NCBI RefSeq assembly: GCF_006345805.1
Contig: NC_043013.1
Coordinates: 43,276,001-43,340,000, forward strand
From: Octopus sinensis
Lineage: Eukaryota
Direction of reading: 5' to 3'
Length of the DNA: 64,000 nt
How positions within the stretch are numbered: the stretch's first letter is position 1; each line of letters opens with the position of its first letter. A program made the translations under genes and the position numbers. Positions 1-12,460 of this stretch are shown piece after piece. The notes under the pieces were generated by a model. The model saw nothing but the letters and a program-made list of their open reading frames with translations. It searched no databases and was not told where the DNA came from.

Positions 1-172
1 ATGTATATACATGATACATGCATACATAGATATGTATATATGTGTGTATATATATATATATAAGTATTTAGCAAATCTTATCAGGTGGTGCTATTATTTT
101 GGTCGAAAGATATCTAAGTTGTCTTAGTTTTATATGTGATTCATATTATTCATATATACTCATATATATATA

Positions 173-215
<43 letters not shown>

Positions 216-599
216 ATATTATATAATATATATATAATATATAATATTAAAACCAGGCTGTACAGATATTAGAGCATTTATAGATAGAAGGTCTTACAGC
301 TGATTCTAGGATATTTCTTACACACGCTCACATAGAACCAACGTTGAACCCTTTATTCGCAACATTACCGAATCTGGAACTTAACTATAGTATGTATATA
401 TATATATATATATATAAATACACATATGTACATATATATATATATGTGTGTGTATATATAAAATATATATGTATATGAATATATATATACACACATATTA
501 ATATCAACACAACACATACCTGTATGTAGACATACAGGAGTGTGTCTATATATGTATGGGCCTGGCGTATATCACGATGTGTAAGTGTGTATGCAACGC

Positions 600-1588
600 C
601 TATGTGCATATGCTATGTATGTATGTATGTATTATGTATGTATGTATGTATGTGTGTGTGTATGTATGTAAGTATGTATGTATGTCTGTGTGTATATGTT
701 TGTATGTATGTATGTATGTATGTATGTGTGTGTGTGTATGTGTGTATGTGATGTATGTATGTCTGTGTATATGTATGTATGTAATGTATGTATGTATGTG
801 TGTATGTATGTATGTATGTATGCATGTATGTATGTATGTATGTATGTGTGTGTATGTATGTGTGTGTATATGTATGTATGTATGTATGTGTGTGTATGTA
901 TGTGTGTGTGAGTATGTATGTATGTATGTATGTATGTGTGTGTATGTATGTGTGTGTGTGTATGTATGTATGTGTGTATGTATGTATGTATGTATGTATG
1001 TATGTATGTATGTGTGTATGTATGTATGTGTGTGTATGTATGTGTGTGTATATGTATGTATGTATGTATGTGTGTGTGTGAGTATGTATGTATGCATGTA
1101 TGTATGTGTGTGTATGTATGTGTGTGTGAGTATGTATGTATGTATGTATGTATGTATGTGTGTGTATGTATGTGTGTGTATGTATGTATGTATGTGTGTA
1201 TGTATGTATATATGTATGAATGTTTGTGTGTGTAGGTGTTACATATGCTTTTGTGCATCACTGTACGTATGCGAGGATGTGAGTATTTGTGTGCCATGTG
1301 TGTGCGTTTGTGTCTGTGTATGCAAACGTGTGTCTGTGTGTGTGTGCATGTGTCTGTGTGTGTGTGTGTGCATGTGTCTGTGTGTGTGTGTGTATGCTAA
1401 CGTGTGTCTGTGTGTGTGTCTGTGTGTGTGTGCATGTGTCTGTGTGTGTGTGTGTTTGTGTTGGTTCTGTGTGTGTGTGGTGTGTGTGTGTGTCTGTGTG
1501 TGTGTTTGTGTGTGTTGTCTGTGTGTGTGTCTGTGTGTGTGTGCATGTGTCTGTGTGTGTGTGGTTTTGTTGTGTTGGTGTGTGTGGG

Positions 1589-1637
<49 letters not shown>

Positions 1638-1712
1638 TGTGTGTCTTGTGTGTGTCTGTGTGTGTGTGTGTGTCTGTGTGTTGTGTGTATGTGTGTGTGT
1701 GCGTGTGTGTGT
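600..1712. repeat. compound (TATG)n/(TG)n microsatellite
   Basis: Direct inspection. Confidence 0.97.
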
Positions 1713-1826
1713 CGAAAGTAAGAAAATATTGAATAGTTCTTAATCTGCTGCAATGCAGTTCATGGCAGCCTCCTACATAATGTGATGTGGAGTCTGATGG
1801 TGAGGCTGTCCTCTTCACATTGTTGT

Positions 1827-1867
<41 letters not shown>

Positions 1868-2129
1868 GTGGTGAGGCGGCGGAGTGATGTGTAAGAGACG
1901 TAATGTTTGATGACGAAGATGTTGTTTTGAACGTTGTTGTTTTTGTTGTTGTTGCTGTTGTTGTTGCTGTTGATGATGATGCTACGGCGGCGTGGAGGTG
2001 ATGAAGACGGGTCGTTCGGTGGTGTTGATGAAGAGATGATGTGTCTGACGTGTTGTTAGACTTGACGCCTGTTGTATATTGTGCTAAGGTGCGCGGCGGT
2101 GTGTGTGCGTGGGGGGCGGTGACGTGTGA

Positions 2130-2403
2130 TAAGTGAATGGTTGTGGCGTTGGTATTGCTGTTGTTGTTGGTATTGTTGTTGTGGCGGTGGTAGTACTGGT
2201 GGTGGTGTTGGCGGAGGTGATAGTGATGGTGGTAGTGGTGGTGGTGATGCTGTTGATGGTAGTGGTAATGGTAGTGGTGGTGGTAACGGTGGTGGTGGTG
2301 ATTGTGGTGGCTGTGGTGATGGTGGTGGTGGTGGTAATTGTGGTGGTGATGGTGATGATGATGATGGTGGTGATGGTGGTGGTGATGGTGGTGGTAATCA
2401 TGA

Positions 2404-2444
<41 letters not shown>

Positions 2445-2640
2445 CCAGTAGTGGTGATGATGGTGGTGGTATTGGTGATAGTGATGGTGGTGATTGTGGT
2501 AGTGATGGTGATCGTAGTGGTGACTGTGATGGTGGCGGGTGGTGGTTGGTGGTTGTGATGGTGGTAGTGGTGGTGATAATGGTGGTGGTGGTGGTGGTGG
2601 TGGTTGTGGTGGTGGTGGTGGTCGTCGTCGTGTCGTGTTG
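2130..2640. repeat. compound (GTG)n/(GAT)n/(GTA)n trinucleotide tract
   Basis: Direct inspection. Confidence 0.9.
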
Positions 2641-2768
2641 AATGGTGTCTGATTGTAAATTCGTTGCGTTGATATTGCTGCTGTTATTGTTGTCGTTGTT
2701 CTTCGTATTGATGCTGGCAGAAACGGTGATGGTGGTATGGAGCAGTGTCTGATGGTGAGACTTTCGCG

Positions 2769-2905
2769 TTAGTATTGTTGTAGTAGTGTCGTGGGTGTCG
2801 GTGGCGGCGGTGGCTGCGACGGTGATGGTAGTGGTGGTGGCGGCGGGGGGTTTTCCGTGATGGTTCTGCTGCTACTGGTCCTGGAATGGTTTGGTCTATT
2901 TTTTG
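2769..2905 (-). CDS. possible Pro-rich terminal exon of an unidentified minus-strand gene
   Basis: Acceptor-like taatttactgcag, then ..KNRPNHSRTSSSRTITENPPPPPPLPSPSQPPPPPTPTTLLQQY* with mixed CCN codons. No recognisable homology. Confidence 0.2.
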
Positions 2906-3409
2906 CTGCAGTAAATTATTGTCTGGGTTTACTATGTTTGTAGAAGCAAAGAAAATATAATAAAATAACCGACGGTGGCCTATGTCTATAAATCTTTAAA
3001 AAAAACATTTTTAGGAATTCGAATGCTTTCTTACGCTGCAGCCAGATTATTGAGTGTGTGTGTGTGTGGTGTGTATGTGTGTGTGTGTATACATACAATA
3101 CACACACACACACACATATATATACTCTTTTCACTCTTTTACTTGTTTCAGTCATGTGACTGTGGCCATGCTGGAGCACCGCCTTTAGTCGAGCAAATCG
3201 ACCCCAGGACTTATTCTTTGTTACCCTAGTACTTATTCTATCGGCCTCTTTTGCCGAACCACTAAGTTACGGGGACGTAAACACACCAGCATCGGTTGTC
3301 AAGCGATGTTGGCGGGTAACTAACACACACACACACACACATATATATAGGAAAATTGAATAAGGAGACGAATGTTCGGGATGTTGTTAAACCATTTATA
3401 GCTAAAATT

Positions 3410-3494
3410 CTTCTACATATGTTTCGATGGATGCACTCCAAAAATGTCCGACAGGGTAAATTATGGTTAGTAGTGCATCAATCTTATCAGGAAG
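3410..3494 (-). ncRNA. type-I hammerhead-ribozyme-like motif (G8A variant)
   Basis: CUUC-CUGAUAA-[11/12-bp stem II]-GAAA-CAUAUG-UA-GAAG. Confidence 0.65.
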
Positions 3495-3615
3495 GATATA
3501 CATAACAAACTCATCAAACAGATATGTTAACAGAAATAGAATGTCCTATTATTTCTGTTAACATATCTGTTTGATGCGCTGTTTGATGTGTGTGATTATA
3601 TATATATGTATGTAG

Positions 3616-3672
<57 letters not shown>

Positions 3673-3704
3673 AATACATTATATGAAAACACAGCTTATT
3701 TTGC

Positions 3705-3862
3705 TGGATTTGATAGAAAGTGTCAGCTGTCCACAGCCAGCAGACTAAGGTGACTTGATTACTGGTCATGCTTCAAGAACCCTGCGAAGAATTCTTGCAG
3801 TTCCGAGCAATGTCGTTTTTTGTAGATGTTCTATCTTTACATCTGTACCAATTTTTTTGAGC
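3705..3862 (-). mobile_element. 3' tip of an RLE-type non-LTR element
   Basis: KKIGTDVKIEHLQKTTLLGTARILRRVLEA*, a typical RLE ORF end, plus a short 3'UTR. Confidence 0.7.
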
Positions 3863-4299
3863 CATGCTGGTAGTTGAGTGGCAGAATCGTTAGCACGTCG
3901 GGCGAAATGCTTAGCAGTATTTTCCACGTCTTTACTTTCTGAGTTCAAATTCCGACGAGGTCGATTTTGCCTTTCATCCGTTCGGGGTCGATAAAGTAAA
4001 TACCAGTAAAACACTGGGATTGATGTAATCGACTAGTCCCCGCTCCCAAAATTTCAGGCCTTGTGCCTATAGTAGAAAGGATTATCATTATTATTATTAT
4101 TATTATTGGGAACAGTTCGATCCGGCTCCATACAGCTCAAGGTTTCACACGCCTCTTTACACAAACCTGACTCGTTCAATTAATCCCAACCGAGTTAGCT
4201 TTCTCTAAAGAAGCCCATGAAACTCTAAGCTGCATGGAGCCGAATAAAACTGTTTTAAATATTATGTGTAACTCGTACTAAATGTGTTGAGCACCTTTT

Positions 4300-4500
4300 T
4301 TTCTTTCGTTTGTCCACTCAGTCGTACGAGCTCTCCTCACACGTGGGTTTCTCGCCCAAAACAACATTTAGCAACTGCGGACTTCCATCTCTTCTCCAAG
4401 ATGAAAATGCAGTTCAAAGGTCACCTGTTTAAGACCTTGTCGAGATCCGGAGCGAATCGCAGAAGATCCTCGACTCGCTTATGGAAAACAACATCGTACT
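4300..4500 (+). mobile_element. mariner transposase C-terminal fragment
   Basis: LATADFHLFSKMKMQFKGH.F resembles DLAPxDFxLFPKLK. Confidence 0.65.
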
Positions 4501-4936
4501 GGCGCTAGTTGTGGATTAAAGGTTCACTCAGCCACTTATATTACAATACAATGAGCATGTGGTTCCGTTTCGGTTTATGGACGGTGGGTCTAAGTTCTCT
4601 TTAATAATATGTGTGTGTGCGTATGTATATATGTATGTATACATAACATACGTACTTACACACATATATATGTTTATGTGTGTATATATATTTCTATATT
4701 GCCCACAGAAGGCTAAACACAAAGGGAACAAACAAAGAGATTAAGTCAATTACATCGACCCCAGTGCGTAACTGGTACTTATTTAATCGATCTCGAAGGG
4801 ATGAAAAGCAAAGTCGACCTCTGCGGAATTTGAACTCAGAGCGTAAAGACAGACGAGATGCGCTAACCATTTCGCCCGGCGTGCTAACGATTCTGCTAGG
4901 TCGCCGCCTTATATACTATATATATATATATAGATA

Positions 4937-4967
<31 letters not shown>

Positions 4968-5778
4968 CTATATATATATATATCTCTTATTATAAAAGCA
5001 GATTTTATCTGCCTCCCTTTGGGAGTTATACAAATCTACGTATACGATTTCTTCAATTACAATTTACCTAGCATTTTTGAGAGTACAATGCATCGCGTCA
5101 TGCCAGGTCCAGTTTTTAAAATTTAAACTCCAATTAAGCAAAATTTACAGAAAACTCACATTCTGGTGTGGGTGTCAAATGCTTTTCTTAGTCTGTTTAC
5201 ACCACACGCAAACGCACACACACAGTGGGCAACGAATAAATAAAGAAGTAAAAGCGACAGAGTGATTGAGCAAGACTAAAGTGAAAGTATTCTGTCTATG
5301 ACGCTGATAGATACATGAGTAAAATGTATGGGAAGCTAACGAGCTAAGAGTGAGTGAAAATGTTCTTGGAAGAGGAGTAATAGTAATAAAGTAAACATAC
5401 ACTCATACATACATAACATACATACATACACACACCACACACACCACACACACACACATACATACACACATACATACATACACACATACATACATATATA
5501 CATATACATACATACAACATTACATACATACATATACATACCATACATACACACACACACATACACACACACAGATTGAAGCTTGAGAACAATCAGATAC
5601 ATTTGCAACACATGTGTTGAAAATATATTGTTCACAACATACAATACATATTATACATACAGACAGACAGACAGATAGACACACACACACACACATGATT
5701 CAGCATGGCCACAACCTCAAGGCTGAAAAGATAAAGAATAACAGAATATAAATGTGTGCAAAGTACAAGAAATATTAA

Positions 5779-6100
5779 TGCAGTATATGGGGATTGGACA
5801 ATAAGCGTAAGGCAGTGTCAATGGTGGTTCCAGAAATCCCGAGCCATAACTACAGCCTAGAAGACGAGCCTCATCTGAAAGATCTGTAGAACTCGACAAG
5901 GACATCCTGAAAACCCTGGTGGAACAAAATCTCATCGTAACTGTTGAGGAACTAGCAGAGAAGCTTGGATTTGGTCATTCAACCATTCATTGAGACCTGT
6001 GTGCTATCGGAAAAGTCAGCAAATTGGGTCAATGGGTTCCTCACGAACTTTCCGAGTCTAATTGCATGCAGAGAGTGAATGTATGCTTTTTTTGCTGTCA
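5779..6100 (+). mobile_element. mariner transposase fragment (HTH to WVPHEL)
   Basis: Broken frame ..LEDEP..TVEELAEKLGFGHSTIH..KVSKLGQWVPHELS. Confidence 0.85.
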
Positions 6101-6127
6101 CATCTCACCACTACTGCGCTATGTATA

Positions 6128-6762
6128 TCTATATATATAAAACTGTAGTTGTGTGAGTGTCTGTCCCCTTCGATTTAGATTCCTAACTACTCCCACATTT
6201 TGCGGTGCAGTTTAACCAAATTCGGGTAGCTTATAGTCGTGATTCATATCGAGCCCGTCTAACTATTAGCGCGCGTCAACGATGAGTCTACGATTTAAAA
6301 AAATTTAACATCATTTTTTATTCCATTTTAATGCATAATTTTTCGTGTGTCGATGGGCGGAGGTTGTTGCGTCCACGCTCACACCTGAACCTGTGGGGAA
6401 GGGAGTGTAAGGAAATCAACGTCGTAATGCGTTGTCAAGGAGACCAGCGTTCTTTTAGAACAACGACTTTATGGCTTGAAGACACCAAACAGAAATGGCT
6501 AAGAAAGCGTCTACATGAGTCTACGATTTAAAAAAAAATTTACCATCACGTTTTTTTCCATTTTAATGCATTTTTTCGCTATTATATAAGGGAAGTAACT
6601 CTCTAAAAATGTCTACGATGAGTCAACGATTAAAAAAAAATTTACCATCATATTTTTTCCATTTTTAATGCATTTTTTGCTATTTTTTGGCTATTAACTC
6701 TCTAAAAATGCTTATATATAGTTATTCCCTACAAACCCGAGCAACGCCGGGCGATACTCTAG
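6128..6762 (+). mobile_element. non-autonomous Helitron-like element
   Basis: A|TC start, 3' hairpin CCCGAGCAACGCCGGG followed by CTAG|T. Three internal imperfect repeats of about 60 bp. Confidence 0.75.
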
Positions 6763-6764
6763 TA

Positions 6765-7126
6765 TTATATATAAACGGCAAAATGTCTGTCGTGTGTGTG
6801 TGTCTTTTATACAAATCCACAATTTTTCAGTTAGAGGGCTCGCACTTTCTATGGTCATTCAAAACCGTCCAAAGGTGGTTGTACACATCTTTACATTTCC
6901 CCAGTCACCACGCAGAGCCATTAAAAAATCAATAAAAGTGACATTTTTGTGAATTTTCTATCCAAAACCCAATCAAAATGCCCGAAATTGATACACTAAT
7001 TGAATGCCAGCTAGCTGTATATGATTGGTCGGAGATTTGGACAGTACTCGCGTGTATGTGTGCATGCACGCAGCTGTATATGCATGCACTAGCACCATAA
7101 CTCTGTGTTGCGGGTCATAATGCTAG
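6765..7126 (+). mobile_element. second Helitron-like element, directly adjacent
   Basis: TATATATAAACGG..TGTCTGT start, and GC-rich 3' end followed by CTAG|T at 7123-7127. Confidence 0.5.
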
Positions 7127-7157
<31 letters not shown>

Positions 7158-7204
7158 TATACTATATATATATAATATATATATATATATTTTATATACA
7201 TATA

Positions 7205-7450
7205 CATACATGAAATGTTCCTTCTGAAGCCATACCAGGCTTTTCCAGTTTCAGTGGCGTATAAATTCTCCACTGGACGGGAGGCTGATCCGTCACAGGG
7301 TTACTCATTTTTGCCATCTGAGTGGACTGAGCAACGGAAATGAATGAAGTGTTTTGCTCAGGAGCACAACACATCGTCCGGTCCAGGAATCGAAACCACA
7401 ATCTTACGAATATGAATCCAGCACCCAAACCACTAAGCCACACGCTTCCA
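7205..7450 (-). mobile_element. further tRNA-derived SINE
   Basis: Head GTGTGGCTTAGTGG..GTTTCGATTCC. Related partial copies at about 21650-21770 and 24240-24370. Confidence 0.6.
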
Positions 7451-7497
7451 CATATACATACATACATATATATAAATATGTGTGTATACGTATAAAC

Positions 7498-7572
<75 letters not shown>

Positions 7573-8890
7573 TAATATATATATATATATATATATATTC
7601 ATATATATATACATGTGAACACACATATACACACACACACACATGTATGTAAAGTTTAAGGGAATTGGATAAAGAACGACACAGGAAGAAAAAAGTTTTA
7701 CAAATGATGTAGTCGCTTAACTTTTCACTGGAAAAAGTGTATTTCTTAACGTTTTGGATGTTAGCCCATCATTAGAGGAAAAAAAGGACTTTAAGAAATA
7801 CTAAGCTAGGGGTTGTTAAGAAGGGAAGAGAGCAGCAACATTAAAAACATTGGAATGATTCCGGGCGTTTTATTTTAGTAAAAGAAAAAATACTAGAGAA
7901 AATTCCCTTTATTTCGCTTCTAAACACAAACGCGTACCTACATGTGTATTCTCCCTCCGCACACAGGCGCACACGCATACAAACAAACAAACACACTCAC
8001 ATGTATATATATATATATTTATATATACATGAATACTTGCATACATCTTTACATATCTGCTGGTATGTTTGTGAATAAATACTCAGAGATGCAAGCAGTG
8101 TTGAGTGAACGAAATATATGAGAAAGTTTAACTTTGATTGTGAATCTGTCTGTGTATGTATTTGCATCGATCTATAAGCGTATGTAATGTATGTGCGTAA
8201 TGTTTGCATGTGAGTCTACCCATCTGTATGTGACTATGTTTCTACGAATACTATTGTGTATATATGAACGTGTGTCTTCATGTGTTACTTATCTGTGTGC
8301 GACCAAGTGTATGTGCGCACATAAAGGAGACATAGAGGAGACAATTGTGCTTACATGCAATTTACACATGATCTCCATACATACACGCACACACACACAC
8401 AGATACAGACACGTGCGCACACGCACGCACACACACATACATATACGTGTGTGTGGGTGTGTGTGTGGGTGTGTGTGTGGGTGTGTGTGTGTGTGTGCAC
8501 GCGCGCCTATGAGTGCAAGAAGTACGTATGTGATTTTTGCCTGTACATCTATTTTCTGCGTGAGCGTATGCGTGTGTGTGTGTGGGCACCCGCGTTTGTG
8601 TGTCTTGAGCTTGTAAATGTGTGCTGCCTGTGTCTATATTTGTATGTGGTCTGCGTCTGTATGTGTTGTGGGTGTATGTATGTCTGTGCGTGTGTGTGTG
8701 CGTATGTGTGTATGTGTGCGTATGTGGGGGTGTCTAGTCGGCTGTCTCTTTATATGTTCAGCTGTCTAGCAAACTGACGGTGTGGATGGCAGAACTATGC
8801 AACAGTAATTGAGTGCAGTATTAACGTCAATTTTATATTGATTGACTGACTCATTATTATAACAACAACAACAACAACAAAAACAACAAC

Positions 8891-8926
<36 letters not shown>

Positions 8927-9352
8927 TAATAATAATAATAATAATAATCTTTTCTACTCTAAGCACAAGGCCCGAAATTTGGGGGGAGGGGGCCAGTTGA
9001 TTAGATCGACCCCAGTGCGCAACTGGTACTTAATTTATCGACCCCGAAAGGATGAAAGACAAAGTCGACCTCGGCGGAATTTGAACTCAGAATGTAAAGA
9101 CAAATGAAATCCCGCTAAGCATTTCTTTATTGCTCCACAGGGGGCTAAACATAGAGGGAACAAACAAGGAGAAACAAAGGGATTAAGACGATTACATCGC
9201 CCCCAGTGCGTAACTGGTACTTAATTTATCGACACCGTAAGGATGAAAGGCAAAGTCGACCCCGGCGAAATTTGAACTCAGAACGTAAAGACAGATGGAA
9301 CCCCGCTAAGCATTTCACCCGGCGTACTAACGTTTCTGCCAGCTCGCCGCCT

Positions 9353-9407
<55 letters not shown>

Positions 9408-9429
9408 TAACAATAACAATAATAATAAC

Positions 9430-9491
<62 letters not shown>

Positions 9492-10404
9492 TAACAATAA
9501 TAAGGGTGAGGATTTCCTTGTTAGCCACATGAGCCCGAACGTTGAGCACAACATCAAAGCTTCGAAATACAACACACACAAAACGGCGGAGTTTATTGAT
9601 CAAAACGAGAAAACAACAATAATATGAATACAACAAAGGATATACAAACAGATTTCAGGAAACTAAATAAATCGAATCCCTTATTATAGGGACACTTCAC
9701 TTAGAGTAATCCCCGGCGCAAAAAAAAAAAGAAAAAGTTTGGCGTTTCTCTGCTAACTGCAGGACATCAAATGTCCCATCTTCAAGTTTCTGGCCGTTTC
9801 AGCTTCACCGGTCTTGCCACTCACATTCACCTTTCGATAAACACCTTTAGAAGGCAGCACACCCCAGTCTCTACCCTCACCTTTCTTTTCAAGTGGCATT
9901 CTTTTCTTTTTTCTTTTATTTGTTTCAGTCATAAGACTGTGGCCATGCTGGGGCACGGCCTTGAATTTTTACTCGAATGGATAAACCTCAGTACTTATTT
10001 TTCAAGCCTGGTACTTATTCTATCGGTCTCTTTTGCCGAACCGCTAGATTACGAGGACATAAAGACTCTAACACTGGTTGTCAAGTGGTGAGGGAGGGGA
10101 GTGGCAAGCACACACACAAACACACATACACACATATACATATATACGACGGGCTTCTTTCAATTTCCGTCTACCAAGTTCACCCACAAGGCTTTGGTCT
10201 GCCCGAGATTATAGTAGAAGACACTTGCCCAAAGTGCCACGCAGTGGGACTGAACCCAGAACCGTGTGGTTGGGAAGCAAGCTTCTTACCACACAGCCAC
10301 GCCTGCGCCTTGAACAAATCAATCAGAGCACGACAAGACAGAAAACTGCCTGCCTTCAAACCTTTCAAATGAGTCCACCACACAATACCGCTACTACAAC
10401 AACA

Positions 10405-10464
<60 letters not shown>

Positions 10465-10681
10465 GCTTCTGCTTCTACAAATAATAATAATAGCTCCGAA
10501 CTAAATAAGAAGTATAGCTCCGGGCTAAATAACAACATGGATGTACAGTAAGAAGCTCTCTCTCCACTAAACAAATTTAATCCAGTAACATCGGTGCAAT
10601 GGAAGGAAAACTTCGCAATACAACTGTGGGGAAAAAAGTTCTGTTAAAGCAAAGGGACTAAAAAATCGGAAAGATTTTTGT

Positions 10682-10799
10682 TATATAAAGTGTAGTTTCT
10701 TTCTTAAATGCGTGGTGTCTCACTCAATGTGACATATGCAAGACGTCGAAACCAGCAGCGGGAACCCTGGAAAAAAACACACCGATTACACCAGTAAGT
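10682..10799 (+). promoter_or_regulatory. candidate core promoter and non-coding first exon of the aminotransferase
   Basis: TATATAAA at 10682, Inr-like TCACTC at 10720, donor CCA|gtaagt at 10794. The first coding exon has an acceptor, so an upstream exon is implied. Confidence 0.3.
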
Positions 10800-11053
10800 A
10801 TGTAAATTAAATAATTACCTATACATGCAACTGTCCATGCATTCGTGTGAATATGTTAATATTTATAACCAACATAAGTAATGCCCACACGACACACACG
10901 TAGACACAGAAAATAAATGAAAAACACGACGCCGAATATAAAAAGGAGAAAGTTAGTCGCTCAGTTTGAAACATCACTAAAAAGGTTATGCTCGGAAATG
11001 TAGCTATCAAAAAATTGAGGCGATTTCCGTTCTATCAGCCGACGATATGACAA

Positions 11054-12460
11054 ATGTATTCATTCGAACAACCAGGAGGCGGTGTCATGTCTAAAAATCA
11101 CTCTGAACAAACAGACCCATCTCATATTGTTACCGTCAATGCTTTAATGCAGTGCTTTTCAAACTTTTTGCTGGAGCGGAACCCCAAGGAAACATTCCAC
11201 TGGCTCGGGGAACCCCTGTGCAATAATTTAATAGTCTTATGCACACATATCTGCACAGGAGAATTAAAAATTACTGCCGATTTTAGCAGTTTTGTAACTT
11301 CTTGCGGAACTTTCAGGTTCCGCGGAACCCTGGTTGAAAACCACTGCTTTAATGACAATTCAAAACTCAGGCCGAATTGGCCATCGTCCAGGACAACACG
11401 GACTGCGTTACCCAGTGGGGAATCAGACTGGGGTAGAAAACTCTGCTACTGAAACAAACTCGCAAACAAAAAAAAACTATCCACTAGGTAACCAGAACCA
11501 GGATAACCCTCACCCTAGAGCTGTAGTCTCAAGAACACCATCAAAAGCACCACCTAAAGCAAAATGCATAAAATGGACTAGAGAGGATTATAGAGATGCG
11601 TCGAAAGCTTTCTATGCAGCCCAACTAAACCCAAACAATAACCTCATCGTACAAACATACCTTTCATGGAAAAAACTTAGTAGGCAACGAAGATATATAG
11701 ACGCAAATGAATTAAGTAATGTACACAGAGACATCGTTAAGAATAAAAGGTTAACTAACATTAGCCAAATTAGGACACAAATATCTCATGGCAGACCAAA
11801 TGAAAACTCCAACAATGCAGATGAAATAGGTAACAGATGCACAGAACCCTGTGTACGAGTTGTACAGCCCAACGAGGAAGCTGAAGAAAGAATAGCAAAG
11901 AACAGAAGTCGAGGAGAAAGTAGACCTGCTTCAAGAACACTAAAATAGCTATGACAGAATTTGAGGTGAATAATGAAGAGAAGGCCATAGAAGCAAAAGA
12001 AGATGTTATGAGAGAACTCAGCAAGACTAAGTTTACTGATATGGACAGTAGAGAACCGCTACCAAAGTTCTCAAACAGCATAAAAAGCAGCATAATCATG
12101 ATATATAATGTTGCTCTTTGGCAGTTCTTAAGAAATAAAGGAAATGACCTAACAACCTTAAATAACCTCATTTGTTCCACTGCTAAAGTTGTAACTGCTC
12201 AACTAGGTATCAGGACGACAAGGAAAAGGACCAACAATGTTAATAGACCTAAGTGGAAAGTAGCAATGCAAATAGAGATCGAATCACTGCGGGCGGATGT
12301 AACAGTTCTCGACGAATTTGCCAGAGGAGTAAATGTTTAAGACGAAACAACTAGAAAAATGAAGCAAAACCATAAAATCAAAGATTTTATAAACCTCCCT
12401 GCAACCAAGGAACTATTGAAACAGCGAATGCAGATGAAAGCCCAACGGCTTCGGGATTAC
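11054..12460 (+). mobile_element. N-terminal part of an R4/Dong-like ORF, interrupted by a hAT MITE
   Basis: KWTREDY..FYAA..NELSNVHRDIVKNKRLT and PKW...IESLRADVTVLDE resemble the N-terminal region of R4-clade ORFs. Contains stops and frameshifts. Confidence 0.65.
11150..11346. mobile_element. hAT-type MITE, 197 bp
   Basis: Termini CAGTGCTTTTCAA / TTGAAAACCACTG. Perfect 8-bp TSD CTTTAATG at 11142-11149 and 11347-11354. Confidence 0.92.

Noticed and set aside
385-1753. Long ORFs (up to 395 aa) rich in V/C/M/Y or H/T/I
   Set aside because: These are translations of (TATG)n/(TG)n, open in most frames with no domain. The same applies at 39-40 kb, 44.7-45.1 kb, 55.5-55.9 kb and 57.4-57.9 kb.
1741-2641. 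Poly-Q/T/N/H or Gly/Asp-rich ORFs
   Set aside because: Trinucleotide tracts open in several frames, with no convincing start, splice sites or homology.
7742-7780. Minus-strand CTAATGA..CAAAACGTTA and 48570-48605 TTGACGA..GAAACGTC relics
   Set aside because: Each has at least two defects in the core or stems, so they are not called individually.
9753-9956. Minus-strand ORF ..GRDWGVLPSKGVYRKVNVSGK..
   Set aside because: It starts inside a SINE, has no clear splice boundaries, and no family is recognisable.
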